This document shows positions 37,301 through 52,300 of a stretch of 64,000 nucleotides of DNA, one piece after another. The stretch is taken from contig OZ059899.1 of NCBI GenBank assembly GCA_964057225.1, positions 8,432,001 through 8,496,000 on the forward strand, given 5' to 3'. The translations under genes and the position numbers were made by a program. How positions within the stretch are numbered: position 1 is the stretch's first letter; each line of letters opens with the position of its first letter. The notes beneath the pieces were generated by a model, which saw only the letters and a program-made list of their open reading frames with translations, did not search any database and was not told the origin of the DNA. The stretch is from Auanema rhodensis (taxonomy: Eukaryota; Animalia; Nematoda).

Positions 37301-40300
37301 TGTAGATGTCGTCGTAGATGGAGTCGTGCTCGTTGTTGTAGATGGAGTCGTGCTCGTTGTTGTAGATGGAGTTGTCGTTGACGTTGTAGATGTTGTTGTG
37401 GATGGTGTCGTCGTTGACGTTGTAGATGTTGTTGTAGATGGAGTTGTGCTCGTTGTTGTAGATGGAGTCGTCGTTGACGTTGTAGATGTCGTAGTAGATG
37501 GAGTCGTGCTCGTTGTTGTAGATGGAGTCGTCGTTGACGTTGTAGATGTCGTCGTAGATGGAGTCGTGCTCGTTGTTGTAGATGGAGTCGTGCTCGTTGT
37601 TGTAGATGGAGTCGTGCTCGTTGTTGTAGATGGAGTCGTGCTCGTTGTTGTAGATGGAGTCGTGCTCGTTGTTGTAGATGGAGTTGTCGTTGACGTTGTA
37701 GATGTTGTTGTGGATGGTGTCGTCGTTGACGTTGTAGATGTTGTTGTAGATGGAGTTGTGCTCGTTGTTGTAGATGGAGTCGTCGTTGACGTTGTAGATG
37801 TTGTTGTAGATGGAGTTGTGCTCGTTGTTGTAGATGGAGTCGTCGTTGACGTTGTAGATGTCGTCGTAGATGGAGTCGTGCTCGTTGTTGTAGATGGAGT
37901 CGTGCTCGTTGTTGTAGATGGAGTCGTCGTTGATGTTGTTGATGTTGTTGTAGATGGAGTCGTCGTTGACGTTGTAGATGTTGTTGTAGATGGAGTCGTG
38001 CTCGTTGTTGTAGATGGAGTTGTGCTCGTTGTTGTAGATGGAGTCGTCGTTGACGTTGTAGATGTCGTCGTAGATGGAGTCGTGCTCGTTGTTGTAGATG
38101 GAGTCGTGCTCGTTGTTGTAGATGGAGTCGTCGTTGACGTTGTAGATGTTGTTGTAGATGGAGTCGTCGTTGACGTTGTAGATGTTGTTGTGGATGGTGT
38201 CGTCGTTGACGTTGTTGATGTCGTCGTAGATGGAGTCGTGCTCGTTGTTGTAGATGGTGTCGTCGTTGACGTTGTAGATGTTGTTGTAGATGGAGTTGTG
38301 CTCGTTGTTGTAGATGGAGTCGTCGTTGACGTTGTAGATGTTGTTGTAGATGGAGTTGTGCTCGTTGTTGTAGATGGAGTCGTGCTCGTCGTTGTAGATG
38401 GAGTTGTGCTCGTTGTTGTAGATGGAGTCGTCGTTGACGTTGTAGATGTTGTTGTAGATGGTGTCGTCGTTGACGTTGTAGATGTTGTCGTAGATGGAGT
38501 CGTGCTCGTTGTTGTAGATGGAGTCGTGCTAGTTGTTGTAGATGGAGTCGTGCTCGTTGTTGTAGATGGAGTCGTCGTTGATGTTGTTGATGTTGTTGTA
38601 GATGGAGTCGTCGTTGACGTTGTAGATGTTGTTGTAGATGGAGTCGTGCTCGTTGTTGTAGATGGAGTTGTGCTCGTTGTTGTAGATGGAGTCGTCGTTG
38701 ACGTTGTAGATGTCGTCGTAGATGGAGTCGTGCTCGTTGTTGTAGATGGAGTCGTGCTCGTTGTTGTAGATGGAGTCGTCGTTGACGTTGTAGATGTTGT
38801 TGTAGATGGAGTCGTGCTCGTTGTTGTAGATGGAGTCGTGCTAGTTGTTGTAGATGGAGTCGTGCTCGTTGTTGTAGATGGAGTCGTCGTTGATGTTGTT
38901 GATGTTGTTGTAGATGGAGTCGTCGTTGACGTTGTAGATGTTGTTGTAGATGGAGTCGTGCTCGTTGTTGTAGATGGAGTTGTGCTCGTTGTTGTAGATG
39001 GAGTCGTCGTTGACGTTGTAGATGTCGTCGTAGATGGAGTCGTGCTCGTTGTTGTAGATGGAGTCGTGCTCGTTGTTGTAGATGGAGTCGTCGTTGACGT
39101 TGTAGATGTTGTTGTAGATGGAGTCGTGCTCGTTGTTGTAGATGGAGTTGTGCTCGTTGTTGTAGATGGAGTCGTCGTTGACGTTGTAGATGTCGTCGTA
39201 GATGGAGTCGTGCTCGTTGTTGTAGATGAAGTCGTGCTCGTTGTTGTAGATGGAGTCGTCGTTGATGTTGTTGATGTTGTTGTAGATGGAGTCGTCGTTG
39301 ACGTTGTAGATGTTGTTGTAGATGGAGTTGTGCTCGTTGTTGTAGATGGAGTCGTGCTCGTCGTTGTAGATGGAGTTGTGCTCGTTGTTGTAGATGGAGT
39401 CGTCGTTGACGTTGTAGATGTTGTTGTAGATGGTGTCGTCGTTGACGTTGTAGATGTTGTCGTAGATGGAGTCGTGCTCGTTGTTGTAGATGGAGTCGTG
39501 CTAGTTGTTGTAGATGGAGTCGTGCTCGTTGTTGTAGATGGAGTTGTGCTCGTTGTTGTAGATGGAGTCGTCGTTGACGTTGTAGATGTCGTCGTAGATG
39601 GAGTCGTGCTCGTTGTTGTAGATGGAGTCGTGCTCGTTGTTGTAGATGGAGTCGTCGTTGATGTTGTTGATGTTGTTGTAGATGGAGTCGTCGTTGACGT
39701 TGTAGATGTTGTTGTAGATGGAGTCGTGCTCGTCGTTGTAGATGGAGTTGTGCTCGTTGTTGTAGATGGAGTCGTCGTTGACGTTGTAGATGTCGTCGTA
39801 GATGGAGTCGTGCTCGTTGTTGTAGATGGAGTCGTGCTCGTTGTTGTAGATGGAGTCGTCGTTGACGTTGTAGATGTTGTTGTAGATGGAGTCGTCGTTG
39901 ACGTTGTAGATGTTGTTGTGGATGGTGTCGTCGTTGACGTTGTTGATGTCGTCGTAGATGGAGTCGTGCTCGTTGTTGTAGATGGAGTCGTCGTTGATGT
40001 TGTTAATGTTGTTGTAGATGGAGTCGTGCTCGTTGTTGTAGATGGAGTCGTCGTTGACGTTGTAGATGTCGTCGTAGATGGAGTCGTGCTCGTTGTTGTA
40101 GATGGAGTCGTGCTCGTTGTGGTAGATGGAGTTGTCGTTGACGTTGTAGATGTTGTTGTGGATGGTGTCGTCGTTGACGTTGTAGATGGAGTCGTGCTCG
40201 TTGTTGTAGATGGAGTTGTGCTCGTTGTTGTAGATGGAGTCGTCGTTGACGTTGTAGATGTCGTCGTAGATGGAGTCGTGCTCGTTGTTGTAGATGGAGT

Positions 40301-43300
40301 CGTGCTCGTTGTTGTAGATGGAGTCGTGCTCGTTGTTGTAGATGGAGTTGTCGTTGACGTTGTAGATGTTGTTGTGGATGGTGTCGTCGTTGACGTTGTA
40401 GATGTTGTTGTAGATGGAGTTGTGCTCGTTGTTGTAGATGGAGTCGTCGTTGACGTTGTAGATGTCGTCGTAGATGGAGTCGTGCTCGTTGTTGTAGATG
40501 GAGTCGTGCTCGTTGTTGTAGATGGAGTCGTCGTTGATGTTGTTGATGTTGTTGTAGATGGAGTCGTCGTTGACGTTGTAGATGTTGTTGTAGATGGAGT
40601 CGTGCTCGTTGTTGTAGATGGAGTTGTGCTCGTTGTTGTAGATGGAGTCGTCGTTGACGTTGTAGATGTCGTCGTAGATGGAGTCGTGCTCGTTGTTGTA
40701 GATGGAGTCGTGCTCGTTGTTGTAGATGGAGTCGTCGTTGACGTTGTAGATGTTGTTGTAGATGGAGTCGTCGTTGACGTTGTAGATGTTGTTGTGGATG
40801 GTGTCGTCGTTGACGTTGTTGATGTCGTCGTAGATGGAGTCGTGCTCGTTGTTGTAGATGGAGTCGTCGTTGATGTTGTTGATGTTGTTGTAGATGGAGT
40901 CGTGCTCGTTGTTGTAGATGGAGTCGTCGTTGACGTTGTAGATGTCGTCGTAGATGGAGTCGTGCTCGTTGTTGTAGATGGAGTCGTCGTTGACGTTGTA
41001 GATGTCGTCGTAGATGGAGTCGTGCTCGTTGTTGTAGATGGAGTCGTGCTCGTTGTGGTAGATGGAGTTGTCGTTGACGTTGTAGATGTTGTTGTGGATG
41101 GTGTCGTCGTTGACGTTGTAGATGTTGTTGTAGATGGAGTCGTGCTCGTTGTTGTAGATGGAGTTGTGCTCGTTGTTGTAGATGGAGTCGTCGTTGACGT
41201 TGTAGATGTCGTCGTAGATGGAGTCGTGCTCGTTGTTGTAGATGGAGTCGTGCTCGTTGTTGTAGATGGAGTTGTCGTTGACGTTGTAGATGTTGTTGTG
41301 GATGGTGTCGTCGTTGACGTTGTAGATGTTGTTGTAGATGGAGTTGTGCTCGTTGTTGTAGATGGAGTCGTCGTTGACGTTGTAGATGTCGTAGTAGATG
41401 GAGTCGTGCTCGTTGTTGTAGATGGAGTCGTCGTTGACGTTGTAGATGTCGTCGTAGATGGAGTCGTGCTCGTTGTTGTAGATGGAGTCGTGCTCGTTGT
41501 TGTAGATGGAGTCGTGCTCGTTGTTGTAGATGGAGTCGTGCTCGTTGTTGTAGATGGAGTCGTGCTCGTTGTTGTAGATGGAGTTGTCGTTGACGTTGTA
41601 GATGTTGTTGTGGATGGTGTCGTCGTTGACGTTGTAGATGTTGTTGTAGATGGAGTTGTGCTCGTTGTTGTAGATGGAGTCGTCGTTGACGTTGTAGATG
41701 TTGTTGTAGATGGAGTTGTGCTCGTTGTTGTAGATGGAGTCGTCGTTGACGTTGTAGATGTCGTCGTAGATGGAGTCGTGCTCGTTGTTGTAGATGGAGT
41801 CGTCGTTGATGTTGTTGATGTTGTTGTAGATGGAGTCGTCGTTGACGTTGTAGATGTTGTTGTAGATGGAGTCGTGCTCGTTGTTGTAGATGGAGTTGTG
41901 CTCGTTGTTGTAGATGGAGTCGTCGTTGACGTTGTAGATGTCGTCGTAGATGGAGTCGTGCTCGTTGTTGTAGATGGAGTCGTGCTCGTTGTTGTAGATG
42001 GAGTCGTCGTTGACGTTGTAGATGTTGTTGTAGATGGAGTCGTCGTTGACGTTGTAGATGTTGTTGTGGATGGTGTCGTCGTTGACGTTGTTGATGTCGT
42101 CGTAGATGGAGTCGTGCTCGTTGTTGTAGATGGTGTCGTCGTTGACGTTGTAGATGTTGTTGTAGATGGAGTTGTGCTCGTTGTTGTAGATGGAGTCGTC
42201 GTTGACGTTGTAGATGTTGTTGTAGATGGAGTTGTGCTCGTTGTTGTAGATGGAGTCGTGCTCGTCGTTGTAGATGGAGTTGTGCTCGTTGTTGTAGATG
42301 GAGTCGTCGTTGACGTTGTAGATGTTGTTGTAGATGGTGTCGTCGTTGACGTTGTAGATGTTGTCGTAGATGGAGTCGTGCTCGTTGTTGTAGATGGAGT
42401 CGTGCTAGTTGTTGTAGATGGAGTCGTGCTCGTTGTTGTAGATGGAGTCGTCGTTGATGTTGTTGATGTTGTTGTAGATGGAGTCGTCGTTGACGTTGTA
42501 GATGTTGTTGTAGATGGAGTCGTGCTCGTTGTTGTAGATGGAGTTGTGCTCGTTGTTGTAGATGGAGTCGTCGTTGACGTTGTAGATGTCGTCGTAGATG
42601 GAGTCGTGCTCGTTGTTGTAGATGGAGTCGTGCTCGTTGTTGTAGATGGAGTCGTCGTTGACGTTGTAGATGTTGTTGTAGATGGAGTCGTGCTCGTTGT
42701 TGTAGATGGAGTCGTGCTAGTTGTTGTAGATGGAGTCGTGCTCGTTGTTGTAGATGGAGTCGTCGTTGATGTTGTTGATGTTGTTGTAGATGGAGTCGTC
42801 GTTGACGTTGTAGATGTTGTTGTAGATGGAGTCGTGCTCGTTGTTGTAGATGGAGTTGTGCTCGTTGTTGTAGATGGAGTCGTCGTTGACGTTGTAGATG
42901 TCGTCGTAGATGGAGTCGTGCTCGTTGTTGTAGATGGAGTCGTGCTCGTTGTTGTAGATGGAGTCGTCGTTGACGTTGTAGATGTTGTTGTAGATGGAGT
43001 CGTGCTCGTTGTTGTAGATGGAGTTGTGCTCGTTGTTGTAGATGGAGTCGTCGTTGACGTTGTAGATGTCGTCGTAGATGGAGTCGTGCTCGTTGTTGTA
43101 GATGAAGTCGTGCTCGTTGTTGTAGATGGAGTCGTCGTTGATGTTGTTGATGTTGTTGTAGATGGAGTCGTCGTTGACGTTGTAGATGTTGTTGTAGATG
43201 GAGTTGTGCTCGTTGTTGTAGATGGAGTCGTGCTCGTCGTTGTAGATGGAGTTGTGCTCGTTGTTGTAGATGGAGTCGTCGTTGACGTTGTAGATGTTGT

Positions 43301-46300
43301 TGTAGATGGTGTCGTCGTTGACGTTGTAGATGTTGTCGTAGATGGAGTCGTGCTCGTTGTTGTAGATGGAGTCGTGCTAGTTGTTGTAGATGGAGTCGTG
43401 CTCGTTGTTGTAGATGGAGTTGTGCTCGTTGTTGTAGATGGAGTCGTCGTTGACGTTGTAGATGTCGTCGTAGATGGAGTCGTGCTCGTTGTTGTAGATG
43501 GAGTCGTGCTCGTTGTTGTAGATGGAGTCGTCGTTGATGTTGTTGATGTTGTTGTAGATGGAGTCGTCGTTGACGTTGTAGATGTTGTTGTAGATGGAGT
43601 CGTGCTCGTCGTTGTAGATGGAGTTGTGCTCGTTGTTGTAGATGGAGTCGTCGTTGACGTTGTAGATGTCGTCGTAGATGGAGTCGTGCTCGTTGTTGTA
43701 GATGGAGTCGTGCTCGTTGTTGTAGATGGAGTCGTCGTTGACGTTGTAGATGTTGTTGTAGATGGAGTCGTCGTTGACGTTGTAGATGTTGTTGTGGATG
43801 GTGTCGTCGTTGACGTTGTTGATGTCGTCGTAGATGGAGTCGTGCTCGTTGTTGTAGATGGAGTCGTCGTTGATGTTGTTAATGTTGTTGTAGATGGAGT
43901 CGTGCTCGTTGTTGTAGATGGAGTCGTCGTTGACGTTGTAGATGTCGTCGTAGATGGAGTCGTGCTCGTTGTTGTAGATGGAGTCGTGCTCGTTGTGGTA
44001 GATGGAGTTGTCGTTGACGTTGTAGATGTTGTTGTGGATGGTGTCGTCGTTGACGTTGTAGATGGAGTCGTGCTCGTTGTTGTAGATGGAGTTGTGCTCG
44101 TTGTTGTAGATGGAGTCGTCGTTGACGTTGTAGATGTCGTCGTAGATGGAGTCGTGCTCGTTGTTGTAGATGGAGTCGTGCTCGTTGTTGTAGATGGAGT
44201 CGTGCTCGTTGTTGTAGATGGAGTTGTCGTTGACGTTGTAGATGTTGTTGTGGATGGTGTCGTCGTTGACGTTGTAGATGTTGTTGTAGATGGAGTTGTG
44301 CTCGTTGTTGTAGATGGAGTCGTCGTTGACGTTGTAGATGTCGTCGTAGATGGAGTCGTGCTCGTTGTTGTAGATGGAGTCGTGCTCGTTGTTGTAGATG
44401 GAGTCGTCGTTGATGTTGTTGATGTTGTTGTAGATGGAGTCGTCGTTGACGTTGTAGATGTTGTTGTAGATGGAGTCGTGCTCGTTGTTGTAGATGGAGT
44501 TGTGCTCGTTGTTGTAGATGGAGTCGTCGTTGACGTTGTAGATGTCGTCGTAGATGGAGTCGTGCTCGTTGTTGTAGATGGAGTCGTGCTCGTTGTTGTA
44601 GATGGAGTCGTCGTTGACGTTGTAGATGTTGTTGTAGATGGAGTCGTCGTTGACGTTGTAGATGTTGTTGTGGATGGTGTCGTCGTTGACGTTGTTGATG
44701 TCGTCGTAGATGGAGTCGTGCTCGTTGTTGTAGATGGAGTCGTCGTTGATGTTGTTGATGTTGTTGTAGATGGAGTCGTGCTCGTTGTTGTAGATGGAGT
44801 CGTCGTTGACGTTGTAGATGTCGTCGTAGATGGAGTCGTGCTCGTTGTTGTAGATGGAGTCGTGCTCGTTGTGGTAGATGGAGTTGTCGTTGACGTTGTA
44901 GATGTTGTTGTGGATGGTGTCGTCGTTGACGTTGTAGATGTTGTTGTGGATGGAGTCGTCGTTGACGTTGTAGATGTTGTTGTAGATGGAGTCGTCGTTG
45001 ACGTTGTAGATGTTGTTGTAGATGGAGTCGTGCTGGTTGTTGTAGATGGAGTTGTGCTCGTTGTTGTAGATGGAGTCGTCGTTGATGTTGTTGATGTTGT
45101 TGTAGATGGAGTCGTCGTTGACGTTGTAGATGTTGTTGTAGATGGAGTTGTGCTCGTTGTTGTAGATGGAGTCGTGCTCGTTGTTGTAGATGGAGTCGTG
45201 CTCGTTGTTGTAGATGGAGTCGTCGTTGATGTTGTTGATGTTGTTGTAGATGGAGTCGTCGTTGACGTTGTAGATGTTGTTGTAGATGGAGTCGTGCTCG
45301 TTGTTGTAGATGGAGTTGTGCTCGTTGTTGTAGATGGAGTCGTCGTTGACGTTGTAGATGTCGTCGTAGATGGAGTCGTGCTCGTTGTTGTAGATGGAGT
45401 CGTGCTCGTTGTTGTAGATGGAGTCGTCGTTGATGTTGTTGATGTTGTTGTAGATGGAGTCGTCGTTGACGTTGTAGATGTTGTTGTAGATGGAGTCGTG
45501 CTCGTTGTTGTAGATGGAGTCGTGCTCGTTGTTGTAGATGGAGTCGTCGTTGATGTTGTTGATGTTGTTGTAGATGGAGTCGTCGTTGACGTTGTAGATG
45601 TTGTTGTAGATGGAGTTGTGCTCGTTGTTGTAGATGGAGTCGTGCTCGTTGTTGTAGATGGAGTCGTGCTCGTTGTTGTAGATGGAGTCGTCGTTGATGT
45701 TGTTGATGTTGTTGTAGATGGAGTCGTCGTTGACGTTGTAGATGTTGTTGTAGATGGAGTCGTGCTCGTTGTTGTAGATGGAGTTGTGCTCGTTGTTGTA
45801 GATGGAGTCGTCGTTGACGTTGTAGATGTCGTCGTAGATGGAGTCGTGCTCGTTGTTGTAGATGGAGTCGTGCTCGTTGTTGTAGATGGAGTCGTCGTTG
45901 ATGTTGTTGATGTTGTTGTAGATGGAGTCGTCGTTGACGTTGTAGATGTTGTTGTAGATGGAGTCGTGCTCGTTGTTGTAGATGGAGTTGTGCTCGTTGT
46001 TGTAGATGGAGTCGTCGTTGACGTTGTAGATGTCGTCGTAGATGGAGTCGTGCTCGTTGTTGTAGATGAAGTCGTGCTCGTTGTTGTAGATGGAGTCGTC
46101 GTTGATGTTGTTGATGTTGTTGTAGATGGAGTCGTCGTTGACGTTGTAGATGTTGTTGTAGATGGAGTTGTGCTCGTTGTTGTAGATGGAGTCGTGCTCG
46201 TCGTTGTAGATGGAGTTGTGCTCGTTGTTGTAGATGGAGTCGTCGTTGACGTTGTAGATGTTGTTGTAGATGGTGTCGTCGTTGACGTTGTAGATGTTGT

Positions 46301-49300
46301 CGTAGATGGAGTCGTGCTCGTTGTTGTAGATGGAGTCGTGCTAGTTGTTGTAGATGGAGTCGTGCTCGTTGTTGTAGATGGAGTCGTCGTTGATGTTGTT
46401 GATGTTGTTGTAGATGGAGTCGTCGTTGACGTTGTAGATGTTGTTGTAGATGGAGTCGTGCTCGTTGTTGTAGATGGAGTTGTGCTCGTTGTTGTAGATG
46501 GAGTCGTCGTTGACGTTGTAGATGTCGTCGTAGATGGAGTCGTGCTCGTTGTTGTAGATGGAGTCGTGCTCGTTGTTGTAGATGGAGTCGTCGTTGACGT
46601 TGTAGATGTTGTTGTAGATGGAGTCGTGCTCGTTGTTGTAGATGGAGTCGTGCTAGTTGTTGTAGATGGAGTCGTGCTCGTTGTTGTAGATGGAGTCGTC
46701 GTTGATGTTGTTGATGTTGTTGTAGATGGAGTCGTCGTTGACGTTGTAGATGTTGTTGTAGATGGAGTCGTGCTCGTTGTTGTAGATGGAGTTGTGCTCG
46801 TTGTTGTAGATGGAGTCGTCGTTGACGTTGTATATGTCGTCGTAGATGGAGTCGTACTCGTTGTTGTAGATGGAGTCGTGCTCGTTGTTGTAGATGGAGT
46901 CGTCGTTGACGTTGTAGATGTTGTTGTAGATGGAGTCGTGCTCGTTGTTGTAGATGGAGTTGTGCTCGTTGTTGTAGATGGAGTCGTCGTTGACGTTGTA
47001 GATGTCGTCGTAGATGGAGTCGTGCTCGTTGTTGTAGATGAAGTCGTGCTCGTTGTTGTAGATGGAGTCGTCGTTGATGTTGTTGATGTTGTTGTAGATG
47101 GAGTCGTCGTTGACGTTGTAGATGTTGTTGTAGATGGAGTTGTGCTCGTTGTTGTAGATGGAGTCGTGCTCGTCGTTGTAGATGGAGTTGTGCTCGTTGT
47201 TGTAGATGGAGTCGTCGTTGACGTTGTAGATGTTGTTGTAGATGGTGTCGTCGTTGACGTTGTAGATGTTGTCGTAGATGGAGTCGTGCTCGTTGTTGTA
47301 GATGGAGTCGTGCTAGTTGTTGTAGATGGAGTCGTGCTCGTTGTTGTAGATGGAGTCGTCGTTGACGTTGTAGATGTCGTCGTAGATGGAGTCGTGCTCG
47401 TTGTTGTAGATGGAGTCGTGCTCGTTGTTGTAGATGGAGTCGTCGTTGATGTTGTTGATGTTGTTGTAGATGGAGTCGTCGTTGACGTTGTAGATGTTGT
47501 TGTAGATGGAGTCGTGCTCGTTGTTGTAGATGGAGTTGTGCTCGTTGTTGTAGATGGAGTCGTCGTTGACGTTGTAGATGTCGTCGTAGATGGAGTCGTG
47601 CTCGTTGTTGTAGATGAAGTCGTGCTCGTTGTTGTAGATGGAGTCGTCGTTGATGTTGTTGATGTTGTTGTAGATGGAGTCGTCGTTGACGTTGTAGATG
47701 TTGTTGTAGATGGAGTTGTGCTCGTTGTTGTAGATGGAGTCGTGCTCGTCGTTGTAGATGGAGTTGTGCTCGTTGTTGTAGATGGAGTCGTCGTTGACGT
47801 TGTAGATGTTGTTGTAGATGGTGTCGTCGTTGACGTTGTAGATGTTGTCGTAGATGGAGTCGTGCTCGTTGTTGTAGATGGTGTCGTCGTTGACGTTGTA
47901 GATGTTGTTGTAGATGGAGTTGTGCTCGTTGTTGTAGATGGAGTCGTCGTTGAAGTTGTAGATGTCGTCGTAGATGGAATCGTGCTCGTTGTTGTAGATG
48001 GAGTCGTCGTTGACGTTGTAGATGTTGTTGTGGATGGTGTCGTCGTTGAGGTTGTAGATGTTGTTGTAGATGGAGTTGTGCTCGTTGTTGTAGATGGAGT
48101 CGTCGTTGACGTTGTAGATGTTGTCGTAGATGGAGTCGTGCTCGTTGTTGTAGATGGAGTCGTGCTCGTTGTTGTAGATGGTGTCGTCGTTGACGTTGTA
48201 GATGTTGTTGTAGATGGTGTCGTCGTTGACGTTGTAGATGTTGTCGTAGATGGAGTCGTGCTCGTTGTTGTAGATGGAGTCGTCGTTGACGTTGTAGATG
48301 TCGTCGTAGATGGAGTCGTGCTCGTTGTTGTAGATGGAGTCGTCGTTGATGTTGTTGATGTTGTTGTAGATGGAGTCGTCGTTGACGTTGTAGATGTTGT
48401 TGTAGATGGAGTTGTGCTCGTTGTTGTAGATGGAGTCGTGCTCGTTGTTGTAGATGGAGTCGTGCTCGTTGTTGTAGATGGAGTCGTCGTTGATGTTGTT
48501 GATGTTGTTGTAGATGGAGTCGTCGTTGACGTTGTAGATGTTGTTGTAGATGGAGTTGTGCTCGTTGTTGTAGATGGAGTCGTGCTCGTCGTTGTAGATG
48601 GAGTTGTGCTCGTTGTTGTAGATGGAGTCGTCGTTGATGTTGTAGATGTTGTTGTAGATGGAGTTGTGCTCGTTGTTGTAGATGGAGTCGTCGTTGACGT
48701 TGTAGATGTTGTCGTAGATGGAGTCGTGCTCGTTGTTGTAGATGGAGTCGTGCTCGTTGTTGTAGATGGTGTCGTCGTTGACGTTGTAGATGTTGTTGTA
48801 GATGGTGTCGTCGTTGACGTTGTAGATGTTGTCGTAGATGGAGTCGTGCTCGTTGTTGTAGATGGAGTCGTCGTTGACGTTGTAGATGTCGTCGTAGATG
48901 GAGTCGTGCTCGTTGTTGTAGATGGAGTCGTCGTTGATGTTGTTGATGTTGTTGTAGATGGAGTCGTCGTTGACGTTGTAGATGTTGTTGTAGATGGAGT
49001 TGTGCTCGTTGTTGTAGATGGAGTCGTGCTCGTTGTTGTAGATGGAGTCGTGCTCGTTGTTGTAGATGGAGTCGTCGTTGATGTTGTTGATGTTGTTGTA
49101 GATGGAGTCGTCGTTGACGTTGTAGATGTTGTTGTAGATGGAGTTGTGCTCGTTGTTGTAGATGGAGTCGTGCTCGTCGTTGTAGATGGAGTTGTGCTCG
49201 TTGTTGTAGATGGAGTCGTCGTTGATGTTGTTGATGTTGTTGTAGATGGAGTCGTCGTTGACGTTGTAGATGTTGTTGTAGATGGAGTTGTGCTCGTTGT

Positions 49301-52300
49301 TGTAGATGGAGTCGTGCTCGTTGTTGTAGATGGAGTCGTGCTCGTTGTTGTAGATGGAGTCGTGCTCGTCGTTGTAGATGGAGTTGTGCTCGTTGTTGTA
49401 GATGGAGTCGTCGTTGACGTTGTAGATGTTGTTGTAGATGGTGTCGTCGTTGACGTTGTAGATGTTGTCGTAGATGGAGTCGTGCTCGTTGTTGTAGATG
49501 GAGTCGTGCTAGTTGTTGTAGATGGAGTCGTGCTCGTTGTTGTAGATGGAGTTGTGCTCGTTGTTGTAGATGGAGTCGTCGTTGACGTTGTAGATGTCGT
49601 CGTAGATGGAGTCGTGCTCGTTGTTGTAGATGGAGTCGTGCTCGTTGTTGTAGATGGAGTCGTCGTTGATGTTGTTGATGTTGTTGTAGATGGAGTCGTC
49701 GTTGACGTTGTAGATGTTGTTGTAGATGGAGTCGTGCTCGTCGTTGTAGATGGAGTTGTGCTCGTTGTTGTAGATGGAGTCGTCGTTGACGTTGTAGATG
49801 TCGTCGTAGATGGAGTCGTGCTCGTTGTTGTAGATGGAGTCGTGCTCGTTGTTGTAGATGGAGTCGTCGTTGACGTTGTAGATGTTGTTGTAGATGGAGT
49901 CGTCGTTGACGTTGTAGATGTTGTTGTGGATGGTGTCGTCGTTGACGTTGTTGATGTCGTCGTAGATGGAGTCGTGCTCGTTGTTGTAGATGGAGTCGTC
50001 GTTGATGTTGTTAATGTTGTTGTAGATGGAGTCGTGCTCGTTGTTGTAGATGGAGTCGTCGTTGACGTTGTAGATGTCGTCGTAGATGGAGTCGTGCTCG
50101 TTGTTGTAGATGGAGTCGTGCTCGTTGTGGTAGATGGAGTTGTCGTTGACGTTGTAGATGTTGTTGTGGATGGTGTCGTCGTTGACGTTGTAGATGGAGT
50201 CGTGCTCGTTGTTGTAGATGGAGTTGTGCTCGTTGTTGTAGATGGAGTCGTCGTTGACGTTGTAGATGTCGTCGTAGATGGAGTCGTGCTCGTTGTTGTA
50301 GATGGAGTCGTGCTCGTTGTTGTAGATGGAGTCGTGCTCGTTGTTGTAGATGGAGTTGTCGTTGACGTTGTAGATGTTGTTGTGGATGGTGTCGTCGTTG
50401 ACGTTGTAGATGTTGTTGTAGATGGAGTTGTGCTCGTTGTTGTAGATGGAGTCGTCGTTGACGTTGTAGATGTCGTCGTAGATGGAGTCGTGCTCGTTGT
50501 TGTAGATGGAGTCGTGCTCGTTGTTGTAGATGGAGTCGTCGTTGATGTTGTTGATGTTGTTGTAGATGGAGTCGTCGTTGACGTTGTAGATGTTGTTGTA
50601 GATGGAGTCGTGCTCGTTGTTGTAGATGGAGTTGTGCTCGTTGTTGTAGATGGAGTCGTCGTTGACGTTGTAGATGTCGTCGTAGATGGAGTCGTGCTCG
50701 TTGTTGTAGATGGAGTCGTGCTCGTTGTTGTAGATGGAGTCGTCGTTGACGTTGTAGATGTTGTTGTAGATGGAGTCGTCGTTGACGTTGTAGATGTTGT
50801 TGTGGATGGTGTCGTCGTTGACGTTGTTGATGTCGTCGTAGATGGAGTCGTGCTCGTTGTTGTAGATGGAGTCGTCGTTGATGTTGTTGATGTTGTTGTA
50901 GATGGAGTCGTGCTCGTTGTTGTAGATGGAGTCGTCGTTGACGTTGTAGATGTCGTCGTAGATGGAGTCGTGCTCGTTGTTGTAGATGGAGTCGTGCTCG
51001 TTGTGGTAGATGGAGTTGTCGTTGACGTTGTAGATGTTGTTGTGGATGGTGTCGTCGTTGACGTTGTAGATGTTGTTGTGGATGGAGTCGTCGTTGACGT
51101 TGTAGATGTTGTTGTAGATGGAGTCGTCGTTGACGTTGTAGATGTTGTTGTAGATGGAGTCGTGCTGGTTGTTGTAGATGGAGTTGTGCTCGTTGTTGTA
51201 GATGGAGTCGTCGTTGATGTTGTTGATGTTGTTGTAGATGGAGTCGTCGTTGACGTTGTAGATGTTGTTGTAGATGGAGTTGTGCTCGTTGTTGTAGATG
51301 GAGTCGTGCTCGTTGTTGTAGATGGAGTCGTGCTCGTTGTTGTAGATGGAGTCGTCGTTGATGTTGTTGATGTTGTTGTAGATGGAGTCGTCGTTGACGT
51401 TGTAGATGTTGTTGTAGATGGAGTCGTGCTCGTTGTTGTAGATGGAGTTGTGCTCGTTGTTGTAGATGGAGTCGTCGTTGACGTTGTAGATGTCGTCGTA
51501 GATGGAGTCGTGCTCGTTGTTGTAGATGGAGTCGTGCTCGTTGTTGTAGATGGAGTCGTCGTTGATGTTGTTGATGTTGTTGTAGATGGAGTCGTCGTTG
51601 ACGTTGTAGATGTTGTTGTAGATGGAGTCGTGCTCGTTGTTGTAGATGGAGTCGTGCTCGTTGTTGTAGATGGAGTCGTCGTTGATGTTGTTGATGTTGT
51701 TGTAGATGGAGTCGTCGTTGACGTTGTAGATGTTGTTGTAGATGGAGTTGTGCTCGTTGTTGTAGATGGAGTCGTGCTCGTTGTTGTAGATGGAGTCGTG
51801 CTCGTTGTTGTAGATGGAGTCGTCGTTGATGTTGTTGATGTTGTTGTAGATGGAGTCGTCGTTGACGTTGTAGATGTTGTTGTAGATGGAGTCGTGCTCG
51901 TTGTTGTAGATGGAGTTGTGCTCGTTGTTGTAGATGGAGTCGTCGTTGACGTTGTAGATGTCGTCGTAGATGGAGTCGTGCTCGTTGTTGTAGATGGAGT
52001 CGTGCTCGTTGTTGTAGATGGAGTCGTCGTTGATGTTGTTGATGTTGTTGTAGATGGAGTCGTCGTTGACGTTGTAGATGTTGTTGTAGATGGAGTCGTG
52101 CTCGTTGTTGTAGATGGAGTTGTGCTCGTTGTTGTAGATGGAGTCGTCGTTGACGTTGTAGATGTCGTCGTAGATGGAGTCGTGCTCGTTGTTGTAGATG
52201 AAGTCGTGCTCGTTGTTGTAGATGGAGTCGTCGTTGATGTTGTTGATGTTGTTGTAGATGGAGTCGTCGTTGACGTTGTAGATGTTGTTGTAGATGGAGT

